The notes beneath the pieces were generated by a model. The model did no database searches. It saw only the letters and a list, made by a program, of their open reading frames with translations, and was not told the origin of the DNA. Positions 1 through 10,067 of a DNA stretch of 64,000 nt are shown in pieces. The position numbers and the translations under genes were made by a program. The DNA lies in NCBI GenBank assembly GCA_021817785.1, contig JAKAFY010000004.1, positions 6,826 through 70,825 of the forward strand. The letters are read 5' to 3'. Every line of letters begins with the position of its first letter. The stretch's first letter is position 1. The DNA comes from a bacterium (GTDB lineage Bacteria > Patescibacteriota > Microgenomatia > UBA10105 > UBA927).

Positions 1-1680
1 TGCGCCAAAAACGGAATAAGCGACGCTGGTGCTCCTACGACCTGTCGGGGAACAATATCAACGTATTCAATGTTTGAGGATTCCGTCTCTAAAAATTCTC
101 CTTTATACCGCACTGGTACGCGCTCTCCAACAATATATCCCTCCCCATCTTTGGGAAGATCTGCATGAGTAATATAATGATACATTTCATCGTTGGCATC
201 TAGATACTCAACAGAATCGGTAACACGCACTTTTGTCACCCCGCCGTGCATCGTTTTTTCTACTTTACGATAAGGAGTTTCCAGAAAACCATATCCGTTT
301 ACCCGTGCATATAAGGCCATATAGGTCACCAAACCAATGTTTGGACCTTCCGGCGAACGGACTGCGTCGACGCGGCCATATTGTGATGCATTGATATCAC
401 GGATGGAAAAGCTTGCGCGTTCCCGGGATATACCGCCTACACCCATAACGGTTAATCTTCGCAAATTATCTATTTCTGCAAGGGGATTAGTCTGATCGAG
501 AATCGTGGAAAGTTGTGATGTGCGGAAAAAATCATTGATGGATGCGATAATCGGCCGGGCATTCACCAAATGGCTAGGCGTAAGATCTTCAGCATTCGGA
601 CCGGCTAAACTCATTTTCTCCCGTATGGATCGTTCCAAACGCAACAGTCCAACCCGGAACGCACTTGTCGCGACCAATTCTCCCACTCTTCGAACACGAC
701 GATTTCCCAGATGATCAATATCATCTACATCACCCTTGCCGTTTGCAAGATTAATAAGATACTGAATACCGCCAATAATATCGTCACGAGTAAGTACCCA
801 ATTTTCTTTTGTGTTCGGAACCTTGAGTCCCAATTTCTTATTCATCTTATATCGTCCTACCCGTTCCAATGAGTACCGACGATAGTCGAAAAACATCGTG
901 CGAAGTAATTCCTGCGCGTTATCCAAAACGATCGGCTCTCCCGGCCGGAGTTTGCGATACAGTTCCAATACCGCCTCATTTTGACTGGTGGTCGTATCCT
1001 TTGCCAGGGTAGCTTTCGTAAACTGATGGTCCGGATTGGTATCGACTTCTTTCAAAATCCGTTCAATTTCTTCATTGGTACCAAAACCGATAGCCCGAAG
1101 GAATGTGCTTGCTACAAACTTCCGGCGTCGGTCTATGCGCACCATCAACACGTCATTTCTGGTAATAAAAAATTCCAACCAGCTTCCGTGCATCGGGCGG
1201 ATTTCTGCACTATATAACGTGCGGCCGGTCGTAGGATCTACTTCTCCGGTCATGTAGATACCCGGGGAACGAACCAATTGATTTACGACGCAGCGCTCAA
1301 TTCCGTTGATAACGAATGTGCCACGCTCCGTCATAGCGGGTATGTCTCCCAAGAATACTTCCTGGGACATCTGATGATTCGATTGTTTGTTGGTGAGCGT
1401 TGCTTTCACTTTGAGTGGCATATCAAACGTGAGTCCCTTTTGCATAGCAACTTCCGGGGTTAATCGGGGTCGTCCAAAATAATAATCACCAAGAGCAAGT
1501 TCCCAATTTTTTCCGGTAAAATCGGTCATGGGGGTGACTTCTTCCAAAAGCTCTTTGATTCCTTGTTCGAGAAACCACTGATATGATTCGCGTTGTACCA
1601 ACGTCAAATCCAGTTTGGGCAGATTTTTAAAGTCTGTTCCCCAAAATTCTCGTTTGTGAATAGAAGGTTTCGATGACATT
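1..1680 (-). CDS. rpoB: DNA-directed RNA polymerase subunit beta, N-terminal ~560 aa; the 3' end lies beyond the window start
   Basis: My own minus-strand translation from the ATG at 1678-1680 gives MSSKPSIHKREFWGTDF... with the RpoB hallmarks GTFVINGIERCVVNQLVRSPGIY and RDINASQYGRVDAVRSPEGPNIGL. The reading frame is open to position 1. It is not in the ORF track because it is truncated. Confidence 0.95.
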
Positions 1681-1884
1681 CGATAATTCCTCTAAAAAGC
1701 TAGACCGGTTTATACAAATGGAAAGAACGACAAAAAGAAGCGAACAATGAACGTTCGCCTCTTTGGGCTATTCAATTAAGGACTATTATATAGCACAATC
1801 GCCTATTGTCAAGCAGCGGAAACAACGCTCTCGTTGTATACCGATACTATCTGGTATGATAAAAGTATAGTAGGAGGTATATAT

Positions 1885-2301
1885 ATGTTTTTCTTACCGG
1901 TAAACATTTGGGGGGTGCTCTTTTCTACCATTTCCTCCGTGGTGATAGGATTTTTGTGGTATTCACCCATTCTGTTCGGCACGCAGTGGAAAAAACTTAC
2001 TAACGGAAGTTCCAAAAAAACGACGAAGCCATCTAACTATATTGTGTACAGATATTCCGCGAACTTTCTCGCAACATTTGTCATGATGTATGTGTTTGCT
2101 CAGGTTATCGGCCTTACCCTTATGACTACGACATTCGAAGGGGCTGTGATGGGCGCTATCATATGGCTGGGATTCGTTGCAACCGCCATGGTGAATATGG
2201 TGCTATTCGAAAACAAATCATGGGCACTCTTTTTTATCAACAGCTGTTATTATCTGGCGTGCCTCGTGGTTTCCGGAGTCATCCTTACGATATGGATCTG
2301 A
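1885..2301 (+). CDS. Small polytopic membrane protein (DUF1761-like)
   Basis: AGGAGG lies 8 nt upstream of the ATG at 1885. The 138-aa product has four hydrophobic segments. The motif FLWYSPILFG.QW resembles the DUF1761 family. Confidence 0.55.
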   Translation: MFFLPVNIWGVLFSTISSVVIGFLWYSPILFGTQWKKLTNGSSKKTTKPSNYIVYRYSANFLATFVMMYVFAQVIGLTLMTTTFEGAVMGAIIWLGFVATAMVNMVLFENKSWALFFINSCYYLACLVVSGVILTIWI

Positions 2302-2305
2302 TCCA

Positions 2306-2815
2306 TTATACGTTGAGAAGCCATAGATAATAATTGAGGACCATTGCAAACGATACCCATAAAAGGTACGGGATCATCGCATAGCTAGCCAACCTGTCAA
2401 TATGTTCGAGCTTCACGACGAGGTATAGGATAAGCAGCCACATGACCGCGATATCGATAAATCCTCCGGGTATATTATGCCGGTCAAAAAATATAAAGGA
2501 CCATAAAAAGTTTACTCCCAGCTGGACTAAAAATATTCCCATTGCAATTCTGTGCTCCCGTTTTTTCATTCCCTGTAACCATATGCGATATGCCGCAAAA
2601 CCCATACAGGCATAGAGCAGGGTCCATACCGGTCCGAATACCCAGTTCGGCGGGCTAAAAAAGGGCTTTACTAACGTCGGATACCATGTGGAAATCTGCG
2701 GGATCGTCAACATACTCCCGATCACCCCCACCAGTTCACATAGGACGATCCAGGCGCCAAGTATCAGAATATGATCTCCTGTTTTTGAGCGCACGTGCGG
2801 CTTATGACGTTTCAT
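2306..2815 (-). CDS. tspO: TspO/MBR tryptophan-rich sensory protein
   Basis: The signature WYPTLVKPFFSPPNWVFGPVWTLLYACMGFAAYRIW is typical of TspO. Five TM helices and about 170 aa when started at the internal Met (MKRHKPH). The ORF-track start at 2896 is probably a 5' over-extension. Confidence 0.85.
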   Translation of the reverse strand: MKRHKPHVRSKTGDHILILGAWIVLCELVGVIGSMLTIPQISTWYPTLVKPFFSPPNWVFGPVWTLLYACMGFAAYRIWLQGMKKREHRIAMGIFLVQLGVNFLWSFIFFDRHNIPGGFIDIAVMWLLILYLVVKLEHIDRLASYAMIPYLLWVSFAMVLNYYLWLLNV

Positions 2816-2828
2816 ATTATCTATAGTA

Positions 2829-3587
2829 TCACAGCAATAATTGCCCCATATGATGTTCATGCGGTGCCGCATGGCTTCGGTATGCGCAGTATTCACATGT
2901 CGGATCTGCCTCCGGCGCTTGTGCCGCGTCCAGACAGGTTTTTATCTGCCGCAGCATCGGCTCTACCCAGCTGTCATCTCCGGTATGGGCGTGCAGCGTC
3001 AGTGCAAATTCCAGTTTTCCGTCAAATTTTGGCCGATTCTTTCCTGCATTTGCATACACGATATACGCGGTATCACTGACACGAAAACCGCTCGCGCGGA
3101 AAATCCACTGATATATTTCCAGTTGCCGTTTATATCCCTGTTTCCACTGGTCATCAAGCGATATTTCTTTTTCCGTAGACGTCGATTTATAGTCCACGAC
3201 GATCAGCTCCTGTTTGGAATTTATCCATAAATCATCCACCGCCCCGAAAACCAAAAGATTTGTTTCTTTGTGAAGCACCTGCTTTCCGATAAAGTTTTCG
3301 CGCCAGGTATCCAGATCCTTATGGACAAACGGCAGCGCATCCACACCATACCGCACCATCAGTTCGTGTTTCTGACCCGCTTTCCGCAGCAAATCAAATT
3401 CTTTTTTCAGCAGTGCGTCGACCGCGGAGTTGAGGGAAAATCCCGGCATACTGGGACGCGACACACCCAGCCGCCTGTCGAGATAAAAACACCTGGGGCA
3501 CTCATGATACAAATCGATTTTGCTCCGGCTCAGTTTAAACGGAGCAATCGACGATGGTACATACACCCTGCTTCCCGTCCATGCCAT
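2829..3587 (-). CDS. Cas4-like PD-(D/E)XK nuclease (DUF83-type, four Cys)
   Basis: N-terminal Cys motif LYHECPRCFYL. PD-(D/E)XK core ELIVVDYKSTS. C-terminal Cys cluster CLDAAQAPEADPTCEYC (C..CxxC). The start is taken at an internal Met; the ORF-track start at 3752 is GTG and would overlap the divergent gene. Confidence 0.6.
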   Translation of the reverse strand: MAWTGSRVYVPSSIAPFKLSRSKIDLYHECPRCFYLDRRLGVSRPSMPGFSLNSAVDALLKKEFDLLRKAGQKHELMVRYGVDALPFVHKDLDTWRENFIGKQVLHKETNLLVFGAVDDLWINSKQELIVVDYKSTSTEKEISLDDQWKQGYKRQLEIYQWIFRASGFRVSDTAYIVYANAGKNRPKFDGKLEFALTLHAHTGDDSWVEPMLRQIKTCLDAAQAPEADPTCEYCAYRSHAAPHEHHMGQLLL

Positions 3588-3689
3588 ATACAGAGTATAG
3601 CAATCTGCGCCGCACGCCGACAGGTCAAAAAAAATAAAAACGGTGTCTCCTTGACTTCGCGCTCCCGGTACGGAGATACTAAATCCATC

Positions 3690-4232
3690 ATGCCCGAAGA
3701 TACTCTCCGGTCCTATATAGCATCCCAGCGTGCACTGCAGATACCGGACCACTCGATCCGATCCGCACTGGGGGCCAGCGGCTGGAGCACTGCCGACATA
3801 GATGCCGCGCTCAATGGATCTTCGGATACAACACCCCCAAGCTCTGCACCCATACCAGTCCCCGGTGCAATCCGCGTGGTTTCCGTATTACTCGGACTTT
3901 TGTCCCTGGGGGAATTCGGGACGGGATTTGCACTTCTTATAACCATGTTTACGATGAACACCGTGCTTTCCAAAAACGGTGCTGCCCCTCCGTACAGCTT
4001 CATTCCCTATGTATACGGCTTACTTATGAAAGCGGTCTCCGCAATCGGTTCGGGTATCGTATATGCCTATCTGGCTATGCGTGTCGGATACATGGATAAA
4101 AAAGCAATCACGCTCATTATCGTTTCTGTCATCATCCTGCTTGTCATCGAGACCATCACCGGCTCATTTGCTGCCATCCAGTTGCGCGCGCTTATGCAGC
4201 AGGTGACGACCCATTCCGGAGGAAGTCTATGA
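3690..4232 (+). CDS. Hypothetical membrane protein (soluble N-terminal domain plus three TM helices)
   Basis: The coding portion begins at the internal Met MPEDTLRSY. The upstream part of the ORF-track ORF is antisense to the nuclease gene. Hydrophobic helices are visible. Its stop overlaps the next gene's start (ATGA). Confidence 0.5.
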   Translation: MPEDTLRSYIASQRALQIPDHSIRSALGASGWSTADIDAALNGSSDTTPPSSAPIPVPGAIRVVSVLLGLLSLGEFGTGFALLITMFTMNTVLSKNGAAPPYSFIPYVYGLLMKAVSAIGSGIVYAYLAMRVGYMDKKAITLIIVSVIILLVIETITGSFAAIQLRALMQQVTTHSGGSL

Positions 4233-4882
4233 CAAACATCGTCTATATTCTTACGATCTTCAGTATCATCGCACTGCTGCTCGGGGGCAAAAAACAATTC
4301 ACCGAATCATATACCGGACTGACGCGCAAACAAAACATATGGCTCGGCATCATTGCGGCATGTACGGTCACACCGGTGATTATATTCATTGCCTACGTTT
4401 TGTACATTGCCTATGTCCTGAATCCGTCGGATCATTGGTACCGGCAAACCCAGGAGCATACGGCGTACCACATCTATCGCTCATCGTTCCCCCCGTCGGG
4501 AAAAATACAAACCAGCCTCTATATGCCTACGACAATTGCGGGGTATTCCAATGGTATTCGGATTATTTACGATCAAAACATATATCGCCCACGTCCGCAG
4601 GGAGCCACAGGAGCCATCATCGTCAATGAAGTAGGGGTCCCCCCGACGTTTGATATGGCATCATTTATCAGGACAACCTCAGGCATGTTTACGCGTCGGC
4701 GTGTTGATGTCACGACGTCATTCGATCTACAGGGAACGTTACTGGAACAAGAAGCATCCGGTGCGGCTCGCATGGGACTCAAACAATTGATATTCCGCAC
4801 GCCGGACAACGTACTCATCCACATATCCGGTATGGATACGACGGACGCCAATCTCATTCAGGTAGCAAATACCTTAAAATAA
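4229..4882 (+). CDS. Hypothetical protein with two N-terminal TM helices
   Basis: Translationally coupled to the upstream gene by a 4-nt overlap. Two N-terminal hydrophobic helices. No recognisable domain. Confidence 0.5.
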   Translation: MTNIVYILTIFSIIALLLGGKKQFTESYTGLTRKQNIWLGIIAACTVTPVIIFIAYVLYIAYVLNPSDHWYRQTQEHTAYHIYRSSFPPSGKIQTSLYMPTTIAGYSNGIRIIYDQNIYRPRPQGATGAIIVNEVGVPPTFDMASFIRTTSGMFTRRRVDVTTSFDLQGTLLEQEASGAARMGLKQLIFRTPDNVLIHISGMDTTDANLIQVANTLK

Positions 4883-4903
4883 CCAGCGTGTATATCGGCC
4901 GGT

Positions 4904-5149
4904 TTATTTCCCGAACCATCCGTATACCCAGGTAAAGATATAGACGCCCACATATACGTCAAAAAATCCGTATACCAGCCCGACGACGACGCCCGGCAGA
5001 GAAATCGAATACCCGGGATATATGCTAGCCATCACATTCAGAAAATCCGTCGCATACCCGGTATAGACGGATAGCAACGTCGTCACCCCCATAAGCAAAG
5101 CCCACACGGCCCCTCCGGTCAACGCGACTCGCCGCACATTTTTTTTCAT
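4904..5149 (-). CDS. Small membrane protein, 81 aa
   Basis: MKK start. Two hydrophobic helices. Convergent with the upstream plus-strand gene. No known motif. Confidence 0.4.
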   Translation of the reverse strand: MKKNVRRVALTGGAVWALLMGVTTLLSVYTGYATDFLNVMASIYPGYSISLPGVVVGLVYGFFDVYVGVYIFTWVYGWFGK

Positions 5150-5317
5150 AAAAATACCTCCTATGACCAGTATTTACCCCGTCAGGAGAAAATGCAAACA
5201 CACACCCAAGCACAATGATTGACGGTATTTGGTACAATGGTACTTCGTATGGATACATCTATACCATCTCAAACAGTACGTCCGGACAAGACAAACACCC
5301 AATCCGTACTCAACAGG

Positions 5318-5902
5318 ATGAAATCCTGGTATCGCGGCCTGCCGGACAAAAAACGGTATCTTGAATTCATCACCGCATTGCTTACCATACCTGTCCTTCT
5401 GACCGTTCTGTTGAGTAACGTCAACAACCTTCAGAACCAAAAACGGTCCGCTCCGGCCACGGTCATCACCGTACAGCCTACCCCTTCCGCATATCCTTCT
5501 CCGACTCCGGAAACTACAGCGCTGTCCGTCACCCCTTCCGCTACGCCTCCCATCACAGCCACCCCCGGACCACAATGCAACGCAAATATCCCGCCGATCA
5601 CGATCGCCTCCCCTCAGGAAAATGATATCGTCTCCGGAGATCCTGTCTGCCTCGAAATCACCGGACAGGGAGGAAAATATTGCTCCGTCGTCTGGTCCTA
5701 CCGCATCAACGGAGGAGCCTGGAGCAATTATACGAGCGACGGCGTGTGTATGTATGGTCTGGCTCCCGGCAATAAGACGCTGGATCTTCGGGTCCAGAGC
5801 GTCGTCACCGGCGATCAAACGACCCTCACGCGGCATTTTACGGTAGACGGTGTATTGTCTCCTACCCCCACACCGGCCACAGCATCTGCCACCACGCACT
5901 GA
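5318..5902 (+). CDS. Surface or secreted protein: signal-anchor, Pro/Thr-rich linker, small Cys-containing beta domain
   Basis: Internal Met MKSWYRGLPDKKRY is followed by a TM helix. The PT-rich linker reads TPSAYPSPTPETTALSVTPSATPPITATPGP. The C-terminal domain carries four Cys. Paralogous in architecture to 27692-28297 and 42781-43581. Confidence 0.55.
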   Translation: MKSWYRGLPDKKRYLEFITALLTIPVLLTVLLSNVNNLQNQKRSAPATVITVQPTPSAYPSPTPETTALSVTPSATPPITATPGPQCNANIPPITIASPQENDIVSGDPVCLEITGQGGKYCSVVWSYRINGGAWSNYTSDGVCMYGLAPGNKTLDLRVQSVVTGDQTTLTRHFTVDGVLSPTPTPATASATTH

Positions 5903-5930
5903 TACGGTGCACGGTATACTTATTATATAT

Positions 5931-6296
5931 ATGACTGTCCCAGAATTTGAGTCATTGGTAGCAAACGCACTCGATACGCTCCCCGAGCAGTTTGCCGCTA
6001 TTGTCGACAACGTCGAAGTCGTCGTAGAGGTATGGCCAACTCCGGAAGAATTGGCAGAAGGAAACGTGCCGCCGGGTATGACGCTTTTTGGTTTGTACCA
6101 CGGTCTACCCCAAACGCTGCGCTCCAACTACACGGGTGTGCTGCCGGACAAAATCATCATATTTATGGGTCCCATTCTGGAAGCTTGCGGGCACCATCCC
6201 GACGCAATCAAAATCCAGGTCCGCAATACCCTGCTTCACGAACTCGGCCACCACTTCGGCATGAATGATGCGCAAATCCGCAACACCGGAAAATAA
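5931..6296 (+). CDS. Zincin-like metallopeptidase family protein (Zincin_1/DUF1025-like)
   Basis: HExxH motif LLHELGHHFGM near the C-terminus in a roughly 120-aa protein. ATG at 5931. Confidence 0.75.
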   Translation: MTVPEFESLVANALDTLPEQFAAIVDNVEVVVEVWPTPEELAEGNVPPGMTLFGLYHGLPQTLRSNYTGVLPDKIIIFMGPILEACGHHPDAIKIQVRNTLLHELGHHFGMNDAQIRNTGK

Positions 6297-6355
6297 AAGT
6301 ACGGGCAGCGAGCGTTCTGCCGGCATCTCACACACTCACTGCTTTATCGCGCGGA

Positions 6356-6946
6356 TTATGATACCGGTTGGCCGGTCTGCCAATCTAAAAATATCGGCTT
6401 ATGCACATGATACAGCGCCGCGTACTTTGCCGTCTGCAATACCGGCCAGTTGGTATGCAGCATAAACTGCTCGATTACGGCGTCCGGCGTCTGCCGCAGA
6501 AGTGCCGTGGCAGCGCGCAATATCCATTTTCGCTTGAGTATTCCGGACGGCGTTACCAGCACATCATAGGCTTCCGGAAATTTGCTTATTTTTGCAAACT
6601 GGCTCACACGCGATGCTGGCGAGTATTCCACATCCGGCGATTCCCAAAATTCCCGGCGCAGCGGATACGTGCGGTCAAACACGAGCGGAAATACGCTCAT
6701 GGTCCGCATGGCGGCATATTCAGGATTCCCCGCTTCGAGTTTGGGTATGACATCCTGCGCATACGAGCACGCGGATTCCAGCGTTTCGTCTATAGATTCC
6801 AACGGATATATAGCGGTAAGTTCCTGCGACTTCCTGTCCGCAAACAGAACGACCGTCACATATGCTTCTTTTGGAAACACCGGCGTTTTACTGCACCAGG
6901 CGATTTCCTTGCGTTCGCTGATTTTTTTCCGGCGTTTCATACCCAA
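6356..6946 (-). CDS. Hypothetical protein
   Basis: Same strand and immediately downstream of the Rsm22-like gene, so likely an operon. No recognisable motif. Confidence 0.45.
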   Translation of the reverse strand: MGMKRRKKISERKEIAWCSKTPVFPKEAYVTVVLFADRKSQELTAIYPLESIDETLESACSYAQDVIPKLEAGNPEYAAMRTMSVFPLVFDRTYPLRREFWESPDVEYSPASRVSQFAKISKFPEAYDVLVTPSGILKRKWILRAATALLRQTPDAVIEQFMLHTNWPVLQTAKYAALYHVHKPIFLDWQTGQPVS

Positions 6947-6980
6947 AGTATACTATACGTTCCCCGGGAGCATATAAACG

Positions 6981-8003
6981 CTACGATACTTCCATTGACG
7001 TTTCTATGAGCTCTCCCCACCGGATACGTTTTGCAGCAGCGTACTCGACTTTATGCCGCTTCATCACGCGGGCAGTATGTACGCCGTCGGCAGTAAGCAC
7101 CGGCAGAGTCAGGTACCCACGGTATTTTTGTACGCTGCCGATTGCCTGCCCCCAATATGTTGTGGTCATGGGCACACTCCCACACGCGACATAACTATAT
7201 TTCGTTTCTTCCCAATCCGATGCCATGTCACTACTTTCCCGCATACTCTGCCGGATCTTCCGTAAAAAATCCGGTCGTGTAAACAGCTGCGGAAAGTGGA
7301 TCCAATATGCTTCGCTTGGCACAAATGTATTATGTATATACGGCGCGATAAGCGGTGCTTTCAGCACTATCTTTTCTGCTGCCGACCGGATGATGGCATA
7401 CCCGCGCGGCGTTCCCGGTTCCAGCAAAAGAACAATGCCGGAACTGTGTTGTTGTAACGCGGCAAAAAAGTCATCCTTTATCCCTTTTGGCAATTCATTC
7501 AATACATTTGCCACAATGATCAGGTCATACGTGTTGGTGTCGACAGTCGCAGTCCAGCGAGCGACCGTTTGCTGCACCCAGGTAATTTTGGTCGATATAT
7601 GCGCATCGCTGCCGATTTCTTCGGCCAATGAAAGTAAATGTGTATCCTGATCCACACCGACGGCAGCGGTCATATCCGGCCATACAGACGTTGCCGCCCA
7701 TATCCCCGTTCCCGGTCCGCATCCTATGTCCAACACGGATCGCGGTCGCCAATCCGGTACGCGGTCTTGTATCTGTAATAATGCACCGGCAATCTGCGCA
7801 TATGTTGCCGGAAATCGAAGTCCCAAGTACGCCAACGCATCTCCCGGTCCCTGGATATACGATCGCACTCCCCCTTTATCCTGATCCATATACCGCTCAT
7901 GCAGCGTTCTGGAATTTTTCTGCAGCGCACGGATATCTCCCCTGGAGAGTATGTGTTCTGCGGCAGCAGCTATCGCTGGCGGGAGGTCAATAAATGTTTG
8001 CAC
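6981..8003 (-). CDS. Rsm22-family SAM-dependent methyltransferase
   Basis: SAM motif I VLDIGCGPGTG. IIVANVLNEL and overall length fit the Rsm22 small-subunit methyltransferase family. The ORF-track start is GTG. Confidence 0.7.
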   Translation of the reverse strand: MQTFIDLPPAIAAAAEHILSRGDIRALQKNSRTLHERYMDQDKGGVRSYIQGPGDALAYLGLRFPATYAQIAGALLQIQDRVPDWRPRSVLDIGCGPGTGIWAATSVWPDMTAAVGVDQDTHLLSLAEEIGSDAHISTKITWVQQTVARWTATVDTNTYDLIIVANVLNELPKGIKDDFFAALQQHSSGIVLLLEPGTPRGYAIIRSAAEKIVLKAPLIAPYIHNTFVPSEAYWIHFPQLFTRPDFLRKIRQSMRESSDMASDWEETKYSYVACGSVPMTTTYWGQAIGSVQKYRGYLTLPVLTADGVHTARVMKRHKVEYAAAKRIRWGELIETSMEVS

Positions 8004-8030
8004 TATGGGGCAATTATACTACCTGTCGCG

Positions 8031-9080
8031 TTATTCCGGCTCAGGGAGAGACAATCCCTCGACTTCGGGGAGCGCGTTATTGCCGGCTTTCCCCTGCATG
8101 CTGCCGTAGATGTTGGCGGTCGCTGTAATAATGCGCGACAACTGCGCTTCCCGCGCTTTCCACATTTTGTCGTACGCCGCCCGTTCGCGGCCTATCTGTT
8201 CATGCATGTCGCGATACGCCTCAATGACTGCCGTCACCTGTTGCCGGAACTGCGTGCTGGTCACATATTCATATACCAGGTCCGCTTTCCTGCCCTGGTG
8301 CATCTGCGCCGTTTTTTGGTAGGCAACGTTTATTAAAATTTCCCGAAGCAATCCGGCCAAAGGGATCAGTAATTTCCGTTCCGTCACCCACACGCCGTCA
8401 TTGTTAACGATTGCTTCGGCGGCTTCCTTCGGCATCACCTGGGACACGATTGCCGCCATGTCAGCGCCGCTTCTCCGCTGGTCTTCTTTGAGTTTCGGCA
8501 CCCAGCCGTCCGTCCAGTTTTTGGTGCGTTTGGATTCCCACAGTATTTTGCCGCACACGGTTTTGCCGCTCGGACTTTTGACGACCTGCACGCAGTCGCC
8601 GCCCATATCCCCTTTTTCGACAGGCAGGATATCATCCTGCGGATAGGTTTCCCGCAAAGACCGTTCTATGTCGAGTTCTTGCACTTCTCCCTGCGTCTGC
8701 TGGCTTCCCTGGGTTGCCGCGCGCTTGGCTTCTTCGAGGAGTTTATTCAGGCGCTCGATCTGCAGGTCTTTTTCTTTTATCTTAAAGCCCGATTGCTCGT
8801 CGGCTTCTTTCATCGTCGCTTCGCGGATAGCCTTTTTTGCCGCATCAAGTTGCCGTTGCATCTCGAGATCAAATTTTCGTTCTTTTTCTTCAAGCGCATC
8901 TTTTTGCTTGCGAAGTGTTAGTTCCTGTTCTTCCGCTTTTTTCACTGCATCTTTATACCTGATTAATTCTTCCTCATGCCGTTTATTGAGCTTGTCGATT
9001 TCTTCGGTGCGGATGTGCTCGCGCAACGCGTCGCTTATCTCAAATGATTTGCCGCAATGTATGCAGGTGATGGTATCCAT
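8031..9080 (-). CDS. DUF2130 family protein (N-terminal zinc ribbon plus coiled coil)
   Basis: Begins MDTITCIHCGKSFE (CxxC ribbon). A long charged coiled-coil region follows, then the conserved C-terminal domain typical of DUF2130. Confidence 0.65.
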   Translation of the reverse strand: MDTITCIHCGKSFEISDALREHIRTEEIDKLNKRHEEELIRYKDAVKKAEEQELTLRKQKDALEEKERKFDLEMQRQLDAAKKAIREATMKEADEQSGFKIKEKDLQIERLNKLLEEAKRAATQGSQQTQGEVQELDIERSLRETYPQDDILPVEKGDMGGDCVQVVKSPSGKTVCGKILWESKRTKNWTDGWVPKLKEDQRRSGADMAAIVSQVMPKEAAEAIVNNDGVWVTERKLLIPLAGLLREILINVAYQKTAQMHQGRKADLVYEYVTSTQFRQQVTAVIEAYRDMHEQIGRERAAYDKMWKAREAQLSRIITATANIYGSMQGKAGNNALPEVEGLSLPEPE

Positions 9081-9173
9081 AGTGGATGAAAGTATAGTAC
9101 GCCGCGGGATAAAAACCAACAATCCCCCGGAATAGTCCGGGGGATTGCGTTCGTTCTAACCAAATAATATGGG

Positions 9174-9884
9174 TTACAGGATGTTTCCTGAATTCCCCGT
9201 TACGGCGTTTATCCACGTTCCGTGGCTGCCGCCTCTGTATTGCCATCCCCACCAATCGTCCGTGTAGGATGCACCGCTTACGAAATACTGATTGACCCAA
9301 CTTACCAGTCCGGTACACGTCCCGGATATATTGCACTGATAATTGGTAGTCCCCACACTGCCGTGGGTTTTCCACGTCGGGGTAGCAAGGAGCGTCCCCG
9401 TTATGGTTGCCCGTCTGCCGCCCGTCATGCTTCCATGTACCGGTTCATCGGTAGACGTATTAATGAGCGCGCCGGCCGGTCGGTTTCCAGGTCCTACCTG
9501 TCCCGGTATGGCATAAAAGCTCCCGTCGTAGGTGACGATCGCACAATAGGTGCCGGGAGTTGTCTCCCCGGGTGCCACGGTCTGCCAGACTTTGATATGC
9601 CGGGTGTAATAATCAAACGCCCAGTAATTGCCGGTTTCTCCGGAATCCGCATCGTTTTGCACTTTCTGTGTCACTTCGATCACCGGACTCCCGAGTTTTT
9701 TACCGCACGCGGAGTTGGATAATTCGTTATCCGGATTAAACAACCGTCCGTTTCGGTCTTCCTCATGGCCCCGGTCGCCGTTTGGTTTCTCGTCGGCATA
9801 TGCCTGCGTGGTCACCAATGCGAGGGTAAACACAACCAAGGACGCCAATGTTACTCCTAAAACAATTTTTTTCATGTATGTCAC
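9174..9884 (-). CDS. Secreted hypothetical protein
   Basis: GGGAGGTG RBS. Signal peptide MKKIVLGVTLASLVVFTLALVTTQAYA. Gly, Thr and Trp-rich mature part. Confidence 0.6.
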   Translation of the reverse strand: MTYMKKIVLGVTLASLVVFTLALVTTQAYADEKPNGDRGHEEDRNGRLFNPDNELSNSACGKKLGSPVIEVTQKVQNDADSGETGNYWAFDYYTRHIKVWQTVAPGETTPGTYCAIVTYDGSFYAIPGQVGPGNRPAGALINTSTDEPVHGSMTGGRRATITGTLLATPTWKTHGSVGTTNYQCNISGTCTGLVSWVNQYFVSGASYTDDWWGWQYRGGSHGTWINAVTGNSGNIL

Positions 9885-10040
9885 CTCCCTTCGTTAGAAT
9901 TTCTTGATGAGATGTTATCGAATCCTAGAAATTCTTACGCCCTCCGTAGATTGCTCTTTGTGCCGCCAATCTGCCTCGCCGGCCGGCGGGCAAATAGTAG
10001 GTAAGGCAAAAAGTACATACAGACGGACGACAATATTTTT

Positions 10041-10067
10041 TCCCACAAAAAACCGCCCTTCCGGCGG
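10041..10067 (-). terminator. Intrinsic terminator-like hairpin (CCGCC-GGAAG-GGCGG followed by U6) on the minus strand inside a divergent intergenic region
   Basis: Minus strand reads ccgccggaagggcgg then ttttttgtggg. A minus-strand TTGATT-N16-TATAGT promoter-like element sits at about 10118-10145. See findings. Confidence 0.4.

Noticed and set aside
3270-3689. N-terminal 140 aa of the 320-aa plus-strand ORF
   Set aside because: It is antisense to the Cas4-like nuclease gene. A plausible start (MPEDTL) exists at 3690, after which the protein is a coherent membrane protein.
5174-6127. 317-aa minus-strand ORF
   Set aside because: It is antisense to the PT-rich surface protein and Zincin genes. 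The translation is low-complexity (RGGRCCGRCGG) and it is a GC-codon shadow ORF.
6401-7009. 202-aa plus-strand ORF
   Set aside because: It is antisense to the hypothetical gene at 6356-6946 and to the Rsm22 3' end. It is Arg-rich with no motif.
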